Origin: Vicugna vicugna
Lineage: Eukaryota
Length of the DNA stretch: 64,000 nt
Direction: 5' to 3'
NCBI GenBank assembly: GCA_013265495.1
Contig: MU057700.1
Coordinates: forward strand, 1 to 64,000
Every line of letters starts with the position of its first letter. Position 1 is the stretch's first letter. The notes beneath the pieces were generated by a model. The model did no database searches and had not been told where the DNA came from. It saw nothing but the letters and a program-made list of their open reading frames with translations. Made by a program: the position numbers and the translations under genes. Below are positions 38,048-52,414 of the stretch, one piece after another.

Positions 38048-39988
38048 TTTTTAAATAAAGTACTCATACTGTATTTTCTCTTAAAAAAAAAGGGGGGGGG
38101 GAATAGGTGCTATGAGGCCAAAACAAATACACATCACTATAAACCAGTAAGTGTATTTTTTTTTTAAACAAATGAATAGTAGCTTCCACTGGGGCAAGGC
38201 AGTGGCAATGGGGAGGTGAAGACATTTTGCTTTGTCCTATTCTTCAGTGTTGATGTTTCCTAACCATGTGCTATTTTTAATTTGTTAAAATCACAACGGA
38301 AGTTTTTTTTACAAGTAATTTTAGTTCTTAAAAATGACACCTGTGTATAAATTCTGCAGCTGTTATTCAGAGTGGGCTCTGACATAGAACAGCAAAATTA
38401 GACAGGCAGTACATCATAGTACCATATGAAAAACACTACAAATTTAGGCACTGTATCCAAAAAAAAAAGTTTAGAAATGAATGAGGTTACCAGTCCTCTG
38501 CTACCCCCCGAAAGGGTCTCTGCTGATGCCTGATTTACATCCTTTAAAATGATCACATTAAATGGAACACACAGCTCTTAACACCAGCATGACTCTTTCC
38601 TAAATATAGTCCTCTTCTGACAGAACCCCCTGACCAGACAGACCCCATAAAACCTGACAGACATCAAGAGCTCTCTGTAACTGATGAGAGGAATTCAAGT
38701 CCAAGAAACTCAAAGTGAATATTCAGGATTTCCAAGTTACATAATCTTCCGCTCTCTGTGTCTTCTGCATAGATCTGTGATTTACACACCCTCATTGTGT
38801 ACTGAGATGCCGGTGCTCCCACAGTAATGGTAGTGATGTCTGCAGCACGAAGAGCTTGATTCAATTAAATCAAGAGTATTAAAGTTTGATTAGAACCTGA
38901 TATCCTTTCGGTTAAGGGAAAATGGAACGCCTGGACGCAGCAAGCTACCGGTTTGGAGCAAGTGCAGTGAGGGGAGCGGTGCCACAGTCCGATTGGCGGC
39001 TCCCCCCACCTCCACATTTACATGGGAAAAACCAGCCCCATCAGCTTTCCATCTAAAGTGATCTGATAGTAGACGTCAATGTGTCAGGGTCCCATGTTAA
39101 TTACAAAACCTCTGTCTTCTTACTGGAAGACTTTTACACCGTAATTCTTATGCTGACCACAAACTGGTCACGAGGCAGACCTTTCCTAGAAGAAACCAGA
39201 ATTCCATTCATGTGCGGTTCCCCACGCCCGCCCCCATTCCCGCGCGCACGCTCCCCCGCAGAGCAGCGCAACCCCCTCACAGCTCTTCTCTTTTACTCAC
39301 AGCTCTGTTGTCTTCCTTCGAAGCCCAGGCCTTTGGCTCTCCCTCCTTCTTCTTTTTGTCCTTCTCTTGCTTGGTTTTATTTTTCTCTTTGCTTCCTCCT
39401 CCTTTGCCAGGATACACCTGTCCCTCCAGAGTTACATCAGCGCACCTGTCTTGACTGACCAAAAAGCCCTTGCTCTCCCAGGCGCGGCTTCCATCACGAA
39501 GCATGACGATGGTGCGGTCTGACCCCACGAGGAGCCTCGGGACGTCGTAGGTGGCGTTGAAAAGACTGCCGTGCCAGAGGCTCGTGATTTCCTCCGTCTC
39601 CTTCTCCTTGGGGCTTCCCGACACAGTGACAAACATCATGAGAATCTTGCCCTTTTTCATCATCTTCAGCATGCTCTCAGGCTTGCCGGGGTCTTTCTGT
39701 GAGAAGGCAACAGGTGCGGAGGGTCTCCTGCGCGGGGAGGTCTCCTTCTATGCCGTCATCTCTCTCCCGCTGTTCCAGAAGACGAGCCGTGTCCGCATCA
39801 CTATAGTCGCGAATGTCCTTCTTCTTCCAGGGAGGTGGGGTAGCCTCGCTGGGCGTTTCAGGAGGCCGTCGGCGGCCAAGACCCAAGCTGGCAGCAGCAG
39901 ATCAGACACACAGAGAAGGACCACGGCGGCACCTGTCCAGCCGGAGGCCGCCACCTTGGCCGCGCAGCACCGGCCGCCAGACGCTGCT
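38048..39988 (-). pseudogene. MESD: Processed pseudogene of MESD (MESDC2, LRP chaperone), with full CDS and 3' UTR
   Basis: Intronless AASGW..VVLLC.SDLLL / KKKDIRDYSDAD.ARLLEQ / KKGK.LMMFVTVSG...DRCADVTLEGQVYPGKG...REEL*; start reads GTG; two frameshifts; short A tail; 12-bp TSD gccttaaacttt at 38036-38047 and 39989-40000. Confidence 0.96.
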
Positions 39989-41419
39989 GCCTTAAACTTT
40001 CAACAGGGCAAAGGCAGGTACCATGTAATGATCAATGATAACATCAACCAAGGCTCAGGTCACATCTGTATGTATCCAAATAGATAACAGAAAAACTGTT
40101 ACAATGACAAGATAGTTTGATTAAAGAGAACAAATCATAATTACACTAAGAGACAATATATCTCTTGTCAACAAGAAAGGACTACCAAGCAGAGTTCACC
40201 GAACTTTCATGTTCAGGTAATTAATGACAGCTAAATTCACTAGGCAGTTACTCAGAAGAATGTCTTTCATGGAATACTTTAAATATATATTATCTCATAC
40301 TGGGGATAAACCTATACATAGACACTATTTTCCTCATTTAACAGGTTCCCCTAAACTGGAACCAGGTCATCTGAAAATAAAGTGCTACTTATAATTATTA
40401 TGTTATGCTGTGCTTTCAGAGAAAATGTTACTAAATTCTATAAATCAGAGGTTTTACAAGCTACTTTGTCTGATTATGACATATAAAACCAAAATTTAAA
40501 AAAAAACTCAGTGAAAAGTCACTAACTCATAAAATGAGACATTCTCTAACTTAAAAACTTTAGATCAAAGAAAAGTAACCAACATCCAAATTACTACTTT
40601 CCTGGGAAGAAACAATGGGGAAGAGTTCATTACATGAAAACTTAAGACCTACAACTAAAGCTGTTACAGAGAAAACTTGTCTTTAACTTATTTTTAAAGA
40701 CTAAAAACAATTATGAACTTTATATTTAGCTAAAATAAATATGAAAAATAACAAACCAAAGAAAGCATGAAAACAAAAGGATAAAATCTAAAATAAATAA
40801 AATTAAAATGAAGCCAAAATAAATAAAGAAGACTAAATTAAACCAAAAGCATTTTTTAAATATGTCACATAAAATGGGCAAAATTTGGGGGGGGAAGTGA
40901 GAAAACAAAAATATACAACAGACCTGAGGAACCACATATATCCACAAAGATGCAAGAATAGTAAAATTATAAGAGAATCATATGTGGCATTTCACAGCAA
41001 TAAATTTTCCGAATATAGAGAAGGAAACGTTGCTTACTAGTAAAATTTTAACAAACTGATCCTAAAAAAAAGGTCATTAGACCAATAACTGAAGATGAGA
41101 TTTGCAAATCCATTGATGACATAAAAGCCAACAGGACTGTGAATCTCTGCCCTGAATTCTAGCCAGCCTTTCAAGAGCAGATTAGTCATGATGTCACACA
41201 CTTTCCACAAAATATGGAGAGCTCCACAAATCATTAACAAAAAACCATAGGAAAATTTCTCTTATAGTTTTGATTGAAGTGTACCTACTAATATATTAGC
41301 TCAAGAGTATATTATAAAAATAATATACCATGACCCACTGAAATGTGCTGTCTAGTGGCTTTCTGCTATTCACAGTGGACTTTCCACCTAAAACATAGGA
41401 AATGTTCAATAAATTTTTT

Positions 41420-41539
41420 GAGTTTTTTGGGGGGAGGTAATTAGGTTTATTATTTGTTCTTAGAGGACATACAGGGGATTAAACCCAAGACCTCGTGCAT
41501 GCCAAGCATGCACTCTACCACTTGAGCCAGACCCCCCTC
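41420..41539 (-). mobile_element. tRNA SINE
   Basis: Reverse-strand A/B boxes; TSD caataaatttttt. Confidence 0.9.
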
Positions 41540-43839
41540 CAATAAATTTTTTTAAATAAATGAAAGTCCAGGTCACGTCTATTCCAAAAATATAAAGCCA
41601 GTTCAACAATAGGAAATATAATCAATATAAGCCATTATATCAATACATTAATCTGGGACACAGGATGAAAACCATTAGTTAATTAGATGCAAATTTTCAG
41701 TTGTATTTTGGCAACAACCATTTAGTAATGGAAATGGAAGAAAAAAATAACAGTAATGTAATGTTGAAAATGATAACTAGCTAGAAAGTTATATAATTCA
41801 GGTCAAAAATCATTTAAGATGTTAGAAAAGAAATCATATCTGGAATGGGATTTATATCCAGAATATATAAAGAACTCTTGACAACTCAATAAAAAGACAA
41901 AACAAAAACATTTTAAAAATGGGCAAAGAACTTTAATAGACAATTCTGCAAAGAATATACACAATGGCTAATAAGCACATGAAAAGATGCTCAACATCAT
42001 TAGTTATTAGAGAATGCAAATCAAAACCACAATGAATGACTGGATAAAGAAGTTGTGGTATATTTATACAATGGAATACTACTCAGCCCAAAAAAGATAA
42101 CATAGTGCCATGTGCAGCAACATTGATGGATCCAGAGACTGTCATTCGAAGTGAAGTAAGCCAGAAACAGAAAGAAAAATATCATATGCTATCACTTATA
42201 TGTGAAATCTAAAAAAAAAAATGACAAAACTTATTTACAAAATAGAAACAGACTCATAGACATAGAAAACAACCTTATAGTTACTGGGAAGAAAGGGGGT
42301 GGGAAGGGATAAACTGGGAGTTTGAGATTTGCAGATACTAACTACTATATATAAAATAGATGAATAAGCTCATACTGTGTGACACAGGGGACTATATTCA
42401 ATATCTCATAGTAACTGATGATGAAAAAGCATATGAAAACAAATTTATGTATGTTGATGTATGACTGAAACATTATGCTGTACACCAGAAACTGACACAT
42501 CATAAACTGTCTATTACTTCAATAAAAATATGTAGACAAAAACAAACCCACAATGAAATACCACTTCACCACCAGGATGGCTATGATTAAAAGGATAGAA
42601 AACAGCAAATGTTGGCAAGGATGTAGAGAAATTGGAACCCTAATACATTGCTGGTGGGAATGTAAAAGTGAAAAAACGTGTACATAATATTCATAGCAAT
42701 TGTGCTGAACACTGGAATTTGACACAACACTGTAAAATGATTATGAATCAATAAAAAATGTAAAAAAAAAAAGTGGGAAATAAAAGGAAAAATAACAACA
42801 ACAAAAAAATTCATAGCAGCATTCATAATAGCCAAAAAAAAAAGAGAGAGAGAGAGAGAGAAATAACCCAAATGTCTATCAGCTGATGGCTGGATAAACA
42901 AAATGTGGCATACCCTACAGTGGAATATTATTTGACCATAAAAAGGAATGACAGATGATAAAAGCCACAACATGAATGAACCTTGAAAACATTTATGCTA
43001 GGTGACAGAAGCCAGACACAAAGGCACATATTATATATGAACTATGTATATATTTATATGAAATGTCCATTATAGGCAAATCCACAAAGACAGAAAGTAG
43101 GTTAATGGCTGCTAGGGACTAGGGGAGGGGAGAATGAGGAATGACTGCTAATGAGTACAGGGCTTCTTTGGGGGCTGATAAAAATGATCTGAAGTTAGTG
43201 TTGCTGGTAGCATAACTCTGTGAAGATACTAAAAGACACCAAAGTGTACACTTCAAAATGGGAGTTATATGGTACATGAGTTGTATCTCAGTAAAAGTGT
43301 TCTTTAAAAAAGTGTTTCTGTAAGACATAAAGCAATGTTCCTGAGATCCAAGACTTATCAAAATATTGAGCCATCAAAACTAACATAAAACTTTCAGACA
43401 ATTTAGCTTAGCAAACACTTTTTTGGGTTGCGCTTGAAATTTTTACAAAAGGGAGACGAGATCCACTGGATGTAACTGTTTTAATTCAAAGGGGGAAAAG
43501 GTATGTCAAAAATACAAACTGTAAAAAGGGCTTTCCTTGCTAGATATTACTTTTTATTACAAAGCTCCCTTAGTCAAAAGAAAAATACACCAGTGACAAG
43601 AAAAAGTCCAGAAATAGTCAAATACGTGTACAGTGTCTATTTGCCAAAAAAAAATTTTACACCTTATACTGTATAAAAATATATATTTGAATTAAAAGTA
43701 TAAAACACAAAAACAAAAACAAGGAAACACTCAAGCAATAACATATTAAGTCTGTTATAAAAAGGTAGAAATTCTTAGATTAGATTGAAAAGATTGGGCT
43801 ACATGGTGCTGACAAAGGAGACACTTAAAACATCTCATA

Positions 43840-45130
43840 AAAGTTCATTCATTCCTTTAATAACTTTTCAACACTTACTATACCCCGAGGATACAACAGT
43901 GAAAAGCCTTCATTCAAGAAGGGGAAAACGGACGGTGAACAGCACAGTCACAAGGAAACTCGGGTGTGATAGATGAGAAATGCTATGTTAAAAATAGACA
44001 GTGGATTAAGGTTAGGGGGATGGGAACGCTGGGCGTTAGTGCAACAATTCTAAGCCGGAAGTCTGCGTAGAGCTTACTGAGCAGCGACATTTGAGCAAGG
44101 TCCCAAGGCGGTGGGGGGGGGGGGAGCAAGCAGGCTCCCTCAGGAAGGCTTACGGCAGGCAGGTGCACCTGGTACTGCAGGCAGGTACACGTGGTACCAG
44201 GACGAAGATGGCCTCGTGCCTGGTATGCTTCTACATCAGCGAGAAGGCAAGTGGGGCCCGAGCAGAGTGATCAAGGGGTGGAAGAGGTGAGACTAGAGAA
44301 ATAACGGGGCCACCTAACCCACTCTAAGAACTCTGGCTTTCACCCAGAGAAAAATGTAGATGCGGAGCAGAGGAGTGACACAGAATAACCCCACACACAA
44401 TTCTGTGAGGCGCACGCGGGATTCTATGGTCAGGTGCCAGGGAGGAGGAGCAGCAAAACCTGCTCTGTGCCTGTTCCCGGAACGCAGCCAAGTACCCTGA
44501 GCTGGTCAGGGTAACCACGCGGGGAGGATCAGAAGATGTCAGACTCTAGATGCATTTTAGATACAGGGCCCAGGGGTTTTGCTGACCAAAAAGATAGGGA
44601 GCCTGAGGAAAAACACAGGTCAAAGATGATTTCAAGGAATCTGCTATGAAACAAGAAAAGGAAGGCTCCAGAGGGAGCAGGTTTGGGAGGGGGAGTCCAG
44701 GACCTCAGTGTTAGTCACGGTGAGCTCAAGTCTATTAAACATTCAATCAGACACAGAGTGGACCGTTAGGTAAAAGCATCTCAGGTGCAGGAAGAGGTCT
44801 GCACACTAGAGATTATCAGAAGTGACCAGGCCACAAACAGTCCTGATGAGAAGACACGGGATCACCAAGGGAGAGGCCTCAGACTGAGAAAGGAAGAGGA
44901 CCAAGGACTGCGCTCTGGGGCACACTAACCTCCAGTGGTAGGAAGGAGGAGGAACTAGCAAACAATGAGAGAGAAGGAAAATTTACGAAGTGTGGGAGCC
45001 AAGTGAATAAAGTGGATGGGGGGAAAGTAGCCAATGGCGTCAAATGTGATTAAAAAGTCAAGTAAGATGGAAGACTGAGACTTCACCACTGGATTTCACA
45101 ATGGAGTTCAGTGCTGACCTTGACTAAAAC
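43840..45130. mobile_element. Degenerate L2 fragments
   Basis: cattcattc...caacacttact end motif; aggtcaaagatgatttcaagg; aagtcaagtaagatggaagactgaga. Confidence 0.55.
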
Positions 45131-45379
45131 GTTAAGGGGTGGAAGAGGGTTTTAAGGCTTTTAGTTCCTATCAGTATGCTAAATTAGCACCATTGCTGGA
45201 TCCCACCCAGACGATCATCCCAGGAGGAAACAGAGGCAGAAAGCAAAGCAAACTGAGAAAGCCCTGGTGGGTTATCTGAATAGGTGTGAGAGCTGTGCTT
45301 TGCCTTGGGACAAAAGGCACCCACTCCCACCTGGGGATGACCAATGACAAGTGGGGAAGAAACAACTGCAACTTATGTC

Positions 45380-47960
45380 ATGTTCTAGAGAATAATTTCC
45401 CTAATATAAAAAAACCCTATAATTGTAAAACTTTCCATAAAGAAAATCCAGACCCTAGACGCATTCACTGGTGAATTTTTACAAACAACTAATCTTCAAC
45501 AAATGCTTCCAGGAAATAGACAATGAGGAAACACTTAACATGTTTCTTTAAGGCGGTATAAAATTGATATAAAACCTGACAAAAACATTATAAAAAAGGA
45601 AAATAAAAGTCCCCTTCATGAATAAAGACAAAAATCCTAAGTGACTTATCATGAAATATATTTAAAGATCAACAACAGGTGGGATTTTTTCTCCTGGAAA
45701 ATAGGGTGGTTTCACATTTGAAAATCAAAACATTAACAGAATTACCTCAATTAATATGCTAATATCAATCCATTAAAAGAATAAAGAAGAAAACCATACA
45801 ATCATCTCAACAAATTCAACACCCATTGAATAATAAAAACTTTCAGCAAACCAAAAATAGAATGAATCTTCCCAAAGACTATCTACCAAAAAAGTTACAA
45901 TAAATACCATCCTAAATGATAAAATATTGAAAGGTTTCCCTTGAAGGCTGGGATGAAACAAGTATATACTATTCTATTTCATGATACATGTGAGCTCCTA
46001 GCCACAGCAATAAACAAAAAGAAAGGTTCTTAAATGGGTTAAAAAGTAAGAAATGGCTATATAACATAATTGTATGGCTAGAAAATCCAAAATAATTTAC
46101 AGATAAAATGCTAGACTTAATAAATGGAAAGGTCACTAAAAAAAGTTCAATATACAAAAATTGACACTATTTCTTTATGCTAGCAATGCCCAAATAAGGA
46201 GAAAATTTTTCAACCACCTAAGAATAAGTCTAACAGAAGCACAAGATGTACACATCAAAATTATCAAACATTGATGAAAAAAATTAAAGGAGACCTAAGT
46301 AAATGAAGAGAAAGGCCATGTTCATGAGTTGAAAATTCAAGACAATATTAATATAACCAACTCCCAAATCGATCTATAGATTCAGTGCAATACCAAATTC
46401 CAGTAGATTTTCAGGTAGAGGTGGGGCATGTTGACAAGATGATTATAAAGTTCATACAGAAATACATAGGACTTAAAGCAGCTAAGGTAAATCTTGAAGA
46501 ACAAAAGTGGAAAACATATATCCACAGATATGAGTACTTTTTACAAAGCTACAGTGGTAAGGGCAGGGCGGTGCTGGCCTGAGGCGAGACAAATAAGCAA
46601 TGAGAATAGAAATAAGAACCCAAAAAGAGACACACACATTCGGTTGCCTGATTTCCAACAGATACCACTGCAATTCTGCAGGGAAAGGAAGGTCTTTTTG
46701 ATAAAAAATACTGCAGGAACTGGATAGCCACAGCCCAAAAACAGATATATTCATGTTTATGTGTATGTGTAGAATAGTTTAAAATGGATCATAGACTTAA
46801 ATGTGAAAGCTAAAACAATTTGAGCTTTCAGAATATAACAAGAAAATTCCTTTGTGACTCTGGGATGGGCAAGAGTTTTCCTTTTTTTTTTGGTGGGGGG
46901 AGGTAATTAAGTTTATTTATTTATTCTTAGAGGAGATACTGGGGATTGAACCCAGAACCTCATGCATGCTAAGCATGTGCTCTACCCACTTGAGCTATAT
47001 ATACCCTCCCCGCCCAAGACTTTTTTTAAATAGGACACAAAGAGCACTCACCATTAAAGAAGAGATTGATAAGCTGGACTTAATTAAAATTCAGAACAAG
47101 CCTCAAATTCAAAAAAGACATCTGCAGTACATGTGTCTGAAAAAGGACTCATTATCTAGCACATACAAAGAATTCATCCATTTTTTTTAACAAACAAAAC
47201 TGGAACACACACTGAAAAAAAAAATCAAAATAGAAAACATGAAAAGATGCTCAACATGATCAGTGTTTAGAGAAATTCAGATTAAAACCACAGTGAGCTA
47301 CCACTACACCACTACACTCATCCACCAAGTACTGAAAAAGAAAAAAGAAAGGAAAGCCTCATAAGCAACAGCAAATGCCAACCCGGCTCTGGCACAGCAG
47401 GGCCCACTCACACGCAGCTGGCGGGAGGGAAAGCGACACAACTGCTTTGTCAAACCGTTGGGCTGAATCTATCAAAGCCAAACCTGTCGTACGTGTGCTA
47501 TGACCCATCGATTCCACTCTTAGGTTTATAGCCCTCGGAATCAAGTGCACAGTGACAAGAGCCAGAATAAGAAACAACCTAAATATCCACCCAGAGCAGA
47601 ACAGACAGTCATACCATGGGGGGAGAAAACCAAACCACTGCTACACATGGATGACTTCGAACACAGAATGTTGAGTAAAAGAAGTCAGACAGAGCAGAAT
47701 ATACTGCATGATTCTATTTGTATGAAGTTTAAAATGAGACAAAACTAATATATAATAATAAAAGTCAAAATAATGATTACCCTTGAGTGAGTGGGCAAGT
47801 ATAGTCTTTGAAACAAAACAAGGAAGCCTTCTGTGGTACAGAAAATGCCCCTTATCTTGATCTGGGTGCTAGTTATCCAGCTGCAGAGCATATGAAAAAT
47901 TCATCAAGTTGTTCCCTGAGGATCTGTGTGCACTTTACTTCAACTTCAAAAAAAAGAAAG
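45380..47960 (+). mobile_element. Degenerate L1 ORF2/3' UTR with nested SINE (46880-47013, -)
   Basis: ORF2-like DKMIIKFI, aaagatgctcaacatgatcag; SINE A/B boxes on minus strand. Confidence 0.75.
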
Positions 47961-49225
47961 AAATGTTAACAACTTGAAAGAAATAAGATTTGATCACTGA
48001 CTAGATGTGCAGGTAAAGGACAGCACTTAGAAATAAATGCTGTTTGTCACCTGGATGACGGGCTGGCTGGTAATAACATATGTTGGGAAATAAATGAGAA
48101 GGGGTGGGGGGTTATTAGTAACAGCTTTCTTTTTGGATCTGTAGGGTTTGAAGGGCCTTTAGAAGAGCTATACAGAGATGTAGAGCAGGGAGTTGGCCAA
48201 TTGGGTCTAAGGTTGGGGAGAGGTCTGGGCTGGAGAGCCGGAAAAGCTTCCCAGCTATGGTGCATCCCCAGAGAGGAGAGGAGATCAATCAGCAAGACCT
48301 GAGGAAAGTGAGGACAACAGGGGACCAGAAATGGACACCTTGGGAGAAACAGTAATAACAGGCAAGAAGAGGAAGAAGGCTCCATGGAGAAAACAGAAAA
48401 GAATCACAGAGGAAGGAATAGATCAGAAACCAATCAAGACTTTCCAGGAGGGACTGAACATGAGTGCCAACTGGACAGAAGGCTCAATTGAGGCAAATAA
48501 TATAGAATCACAACATTTGTCTTAATAAGGCCACTGCTATCCCTTCCCAGACAGATCCAACAAGTGAAGCAGTTTGAACGTGAAAGGACAATGGGGAAGC
48601 CTTTGTCAAAAAATACAACTTTAACCTATCCGCTGCACAGTCTACACATAATATTACAAGAGATTATTTGAAGGTGATATAATCCATTCTTTCTTGCAGA
48701 TATCCCTGGTTCCATGCCTGGATCAAGCAGAAAGAGGGCTATGAGGCCCCGGTGTTGGAGGACCTAGAGACCTGCATTGACTGAGTTCTCCTTTGGCACA
48801 AAGTGTCCAGCTTCCCCTGAGAAGCAATTACAGGCAGCAGGCTGCACCGAGATCCAGTACTCACTTAAAGATTATTTACTGTGATACCTACAGGAAGACT
48901 AGGAAAGGAACATTTTTTTTAGAATTCTTAATGCCTCATAAGAATTAGCATGATAATTTTTTTAGGGTCAATGCAAATCATGTAACAGACAACAGCTGCA
49001 TTTTTGCTGTAACCATCAGAAAAATCAAACAAATTTGGCCAACAATAGCACAGAATAGCATAGAAATAGAATAGGTCCTGCGTATTTCTGCATACTGACA
49101 TATGCTCCTGAATATTATCTCTGAAGTTGATTTTCATCTATTTCTGTATTTCCCTTCTAACCCACTGACCTTGAAAGTCTCATATAGGACATTGTAAACA
49201 AAGTAGGGGCAAAAAAATAACTCAC

Positions 49226-49284
49226 CTGAGATACGTTCATTTTCTGTGGATCTAGGAAACATGTAGAGAATCACAAAGGTGGGG
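49226..49284 (-). pseudogene. ZNF487: Start-codon exon (coding 49226-49240, MNVSQ)
   Basis: ttcttctccag acceptor; cagaaaATGAACGTATCTCAG|gtgag, typical of the ZNF33/248-clade first coding exon. Confidence 0.85.
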
Positions 49285-50399
49285 CTGGAGAAGAAAGAAT
49301 GGATCACAAGAGATCTGATCTGCCCTGCATCTCCTGAACTCTCCTGCCTACAAGCTCCACACACTAGCTAGATGAAATGTACCCCAGTAGGTGAGCATCT
49401 TTTGGTCCTTAATTACATTGGCAATAATTTCTCAGTCTTTTGATAGTAACTGGGTTTGACTTAACTATGTCTGAAAATCTGACTGTTGACTAGGCTGCTG
49501 AGAATGAGCCAGTCAACCTCTTGGGCTCAGTGGTTTTCATCTTTCATGCTAGGCAAAAACAGGTGATCCATGAAGCTCTTTCCTTCACTACTTTCTGTGC
49601 CTGAGAAGCCAGGATGAAGGAAGCACCCCCATCTCTCAATGCCACGCGTAATAAAGGACAAAAGTGAGAGCCTCTCAGGAACTGAAGCGTGGAGAATCTG
49701 AAATAGGCTGTTAGGAATGTCTGAAATTAAATGCTCTTAGTGGTAGTTGGCATCCCCCGCCCCCTCCCCCAGACTATGCTCCCTCAAACCCTCAAGTGTA
49801 ATTTCTTGGGCAGACTTGCTCCTTGCCTTAGCTTAGCTCACCTCTCCTGAAACTTGGCTCAAACCTCAGGCTGTCTCAGTCTGCAGGGTGGCCTGCGGAG
49901 CGCAAGGATCCCATAGTGCTACCAGCCGTGCAAATCTAGGGTTTCCTCTTTCTTGGCCTTGATCCTCCTCTGCTCTGCAGCCCTGGCGGGAGGTCTCCAT
50001 TCAGAAGTGCCATCTTCCACGTGGGACTCCTCTTTACCTCACAAGATGGGTTTTGTGAGGTAAACCTGAACCTAGGGGACAAAATCATTTTAGTTGGAAC
50101 CTACATGAGGGCCCCCAAACCTGGAACTTCCTGTGCCCCAAAAATCTCCGGTGGGTTCTTCAATAAACTCAAGTTGGGACCACTGAAAACACACTAACTG
50201 GACAGTTCAGATTAGGCCCAGAAAGAACCATTATGAACTGTGATCCCAGAGCCCTGAAGAGACACCAAGAATCCCACAAATACAAGTGCCCCATGATAGA
50301 GAGTCCACGTTATACTTGACAGCGATGGCCAGTGCTGGAAAGGATGCAATGCCAGATTCGGGCAGAATAGTTTCTTAAGGAGGAGGGAGAGGTGGATGT

Positions 50400-51000
50400 G
50401 CCCCCTTGAGCCGCCTCCCGCGGGCTGTGTGGTCTTGAGGCACTCGCTGGCCTCTCTGGGTCTCTGTTTTCTATCTATTAGAGCGGAAGGGCGAGAACTC
50501 CCTGTAGTCCTCACGGAGCGCGCGGCGGCCTCAAAACAGGGGTCGACAACACTACTGCGGCCTTTCTTAGGATTCGCAGGCGCCGGTGCCCGAGCTATGG
50601 CCATGCCCCAAAGACCCACAGCGACTACTCTAGCGGGCGAGGATCCGAGGTCTGTACCCCGCCTTTCCGCAGGTTCAGCCAGCTCTTCGCTCGGGCCACG
50701 CCCCAACCGCGCTCCAGTCTCTGCGCGACCAGACTGAGGCTGCGCGCGGGGTGACGCATGCGCCAGAGCGCCTGTCCGGTGCTCCCGCCCGCCGGCGCGC
50801 GCCGCCGACGCGTAAGACGCTTCCCGTCGGGCTCCGCGGCGGGAGCCCCGCCCTGCCCCTGCGCTTCCGCCCCGCCCCGGAGTTGGCGGCGGGACCCGAA
50901 CCCACTCGTGTGAAGCTAACCCAGAACCTGACGCCGCGAAAGCCCGGAGGAGAGACCGCGGTGCAAACATTAAAATAAAACAAACCACGCGATATCAGGG
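50400..51000 (-). promoter_or_regulatory. CpG-island promoter of the ZNF487-like gene
   Basis: Dense CpG; NRF1 motif CGCATGCGC 50755-50763; ETS core CTTCCG 50864-50869 overlapping tandem GC boxes; ~1.2-1.7 kb upstream of the start exon. Confidence 0.8.
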
Positions 51001-52414
51001 CTTCTCCCAAGAAGGCACAGCAGCTTAGTGCTGGCGATGTTGGCAACAGTAGTCAGGAGAAAATGCGATGATTATTTGTAATACACAAAAATTGTAGATG
51101 AATAAAAATACACACAAAGTAAAGACTGTCACACACAGCCTCCTCCCCCTTAGGTAGCAGTGCACAACCTTCTGACGTTTTACAAAAATGGGATTTTCAA
51201 GCCTTAAGTACTTGGTAAACAATATAAACATTTTCGTGGTCAATGTATTTCCAGCTCTTCCTTATCGAACATTTCAAACAAACAGAAAATTTGAAAGAAT
51301 TCGGTCAGCAAACATACCTCATCTAGAGTTAATAGCTGTTAATATTTTGCCCTATTTGCTTTATCTAGGCGTGTCTTCGTGTTGAAACTTCACTCCTAAG
51401 TGTGTCAGCATGCATCTTCTGAGAGGAAGGACATACTCTTACATAATCACAATACACTTATCACACCTATAAAATTAACAGTAATTCCATACAAAGCATC
51501 TAATACCAAGTCCATATTTCAGATTTCTCCGATCATCCCAGGAGTGTCCGTTACAGAGGTTTTGTTAAGTCTTTGAAGCTGTTTTTTCAAACCAGGATTC
51601 AACAAAACCCACATATTATAAAATACAGTAGTGATATGAGGAAAGTATAAGTGTAGACATGGCAAGATTCACTTGATTCACTAAAAAATCAAGTACTAAT
51701 TTTCCCACTGGAATAAATGTAGGAAGTACATTCTAAAAAAGAGCATAAATCTCCAAAGAAGATAGAGAAATTTTGTTTTAATTCTATTTCATACTTTCTG
51801 AGCATTCCAGACTGTTCTCTACCAATCCAACTGCACAGTGTGTCAAAATCCAATTTTATCAGAAAACAAAATTCCCATCCAGATTTGTCAATGTTCAGGC
51901 ATGTTTCACAGCACAAGCTTTAACACCAGTCCTAAATGAATATTATGGTTAGTTGGTTAAAAAAAACTTTTTTTGAATTTTAACATCACTTTAAAATAGC
52001 AGCACAAGTCAGCAGATCATTTAGAAAACTTTCAAAGCACATACACAACTTTTATAGGAGACTGACACGTGATAGAATTAAATCTTGTGTATTAAAGGTG
52101 AACCTGTATAGTAATAACAAATACTGCCTCAATTTGCTGTTCAAGAGAGTTTTGAAATGCTGTGACTCCCCACAATTATTTTAAATATTAAGAGAATTGC
52201 ATTATTTTAAACTGTGCAGAACATACAACTTTCAAATATTTATTCATATCATTTTAAATTTGCACAATTTACATTCTCATAAAATGTGGCAGCACTGTAC
52301 AAGCAATCTTTCGCAGGGCTCAGATGTGCATGAATTTCTTCCAACATGGTTTAGTTACGTAACACTACTCCCCCAACAATACAAATCAAATTTCAATTCC
52401 CACTTTATATTAAC

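Larger units (their letters stand above)
35960..43310 (+). mobile_element. Mosaic of old L1 fragments (ORF1, ORF2 endonuclease, 3' UTR) carrying the MESD retrocopy, a SINE and a younger L1 3' end (~42037-42540)
   Basis: ORF1-like (TTQMLELSDKEFK) and endonuclease-like sequence continuing across the MESD insertion. Confidence 0.75.

Noticed and set aside
50212..50988. 258-aa Arg/Ala/Gly-rich ORF
   Set aside because: Stop-poor frame typical of a CpG island; no recognisable domain.
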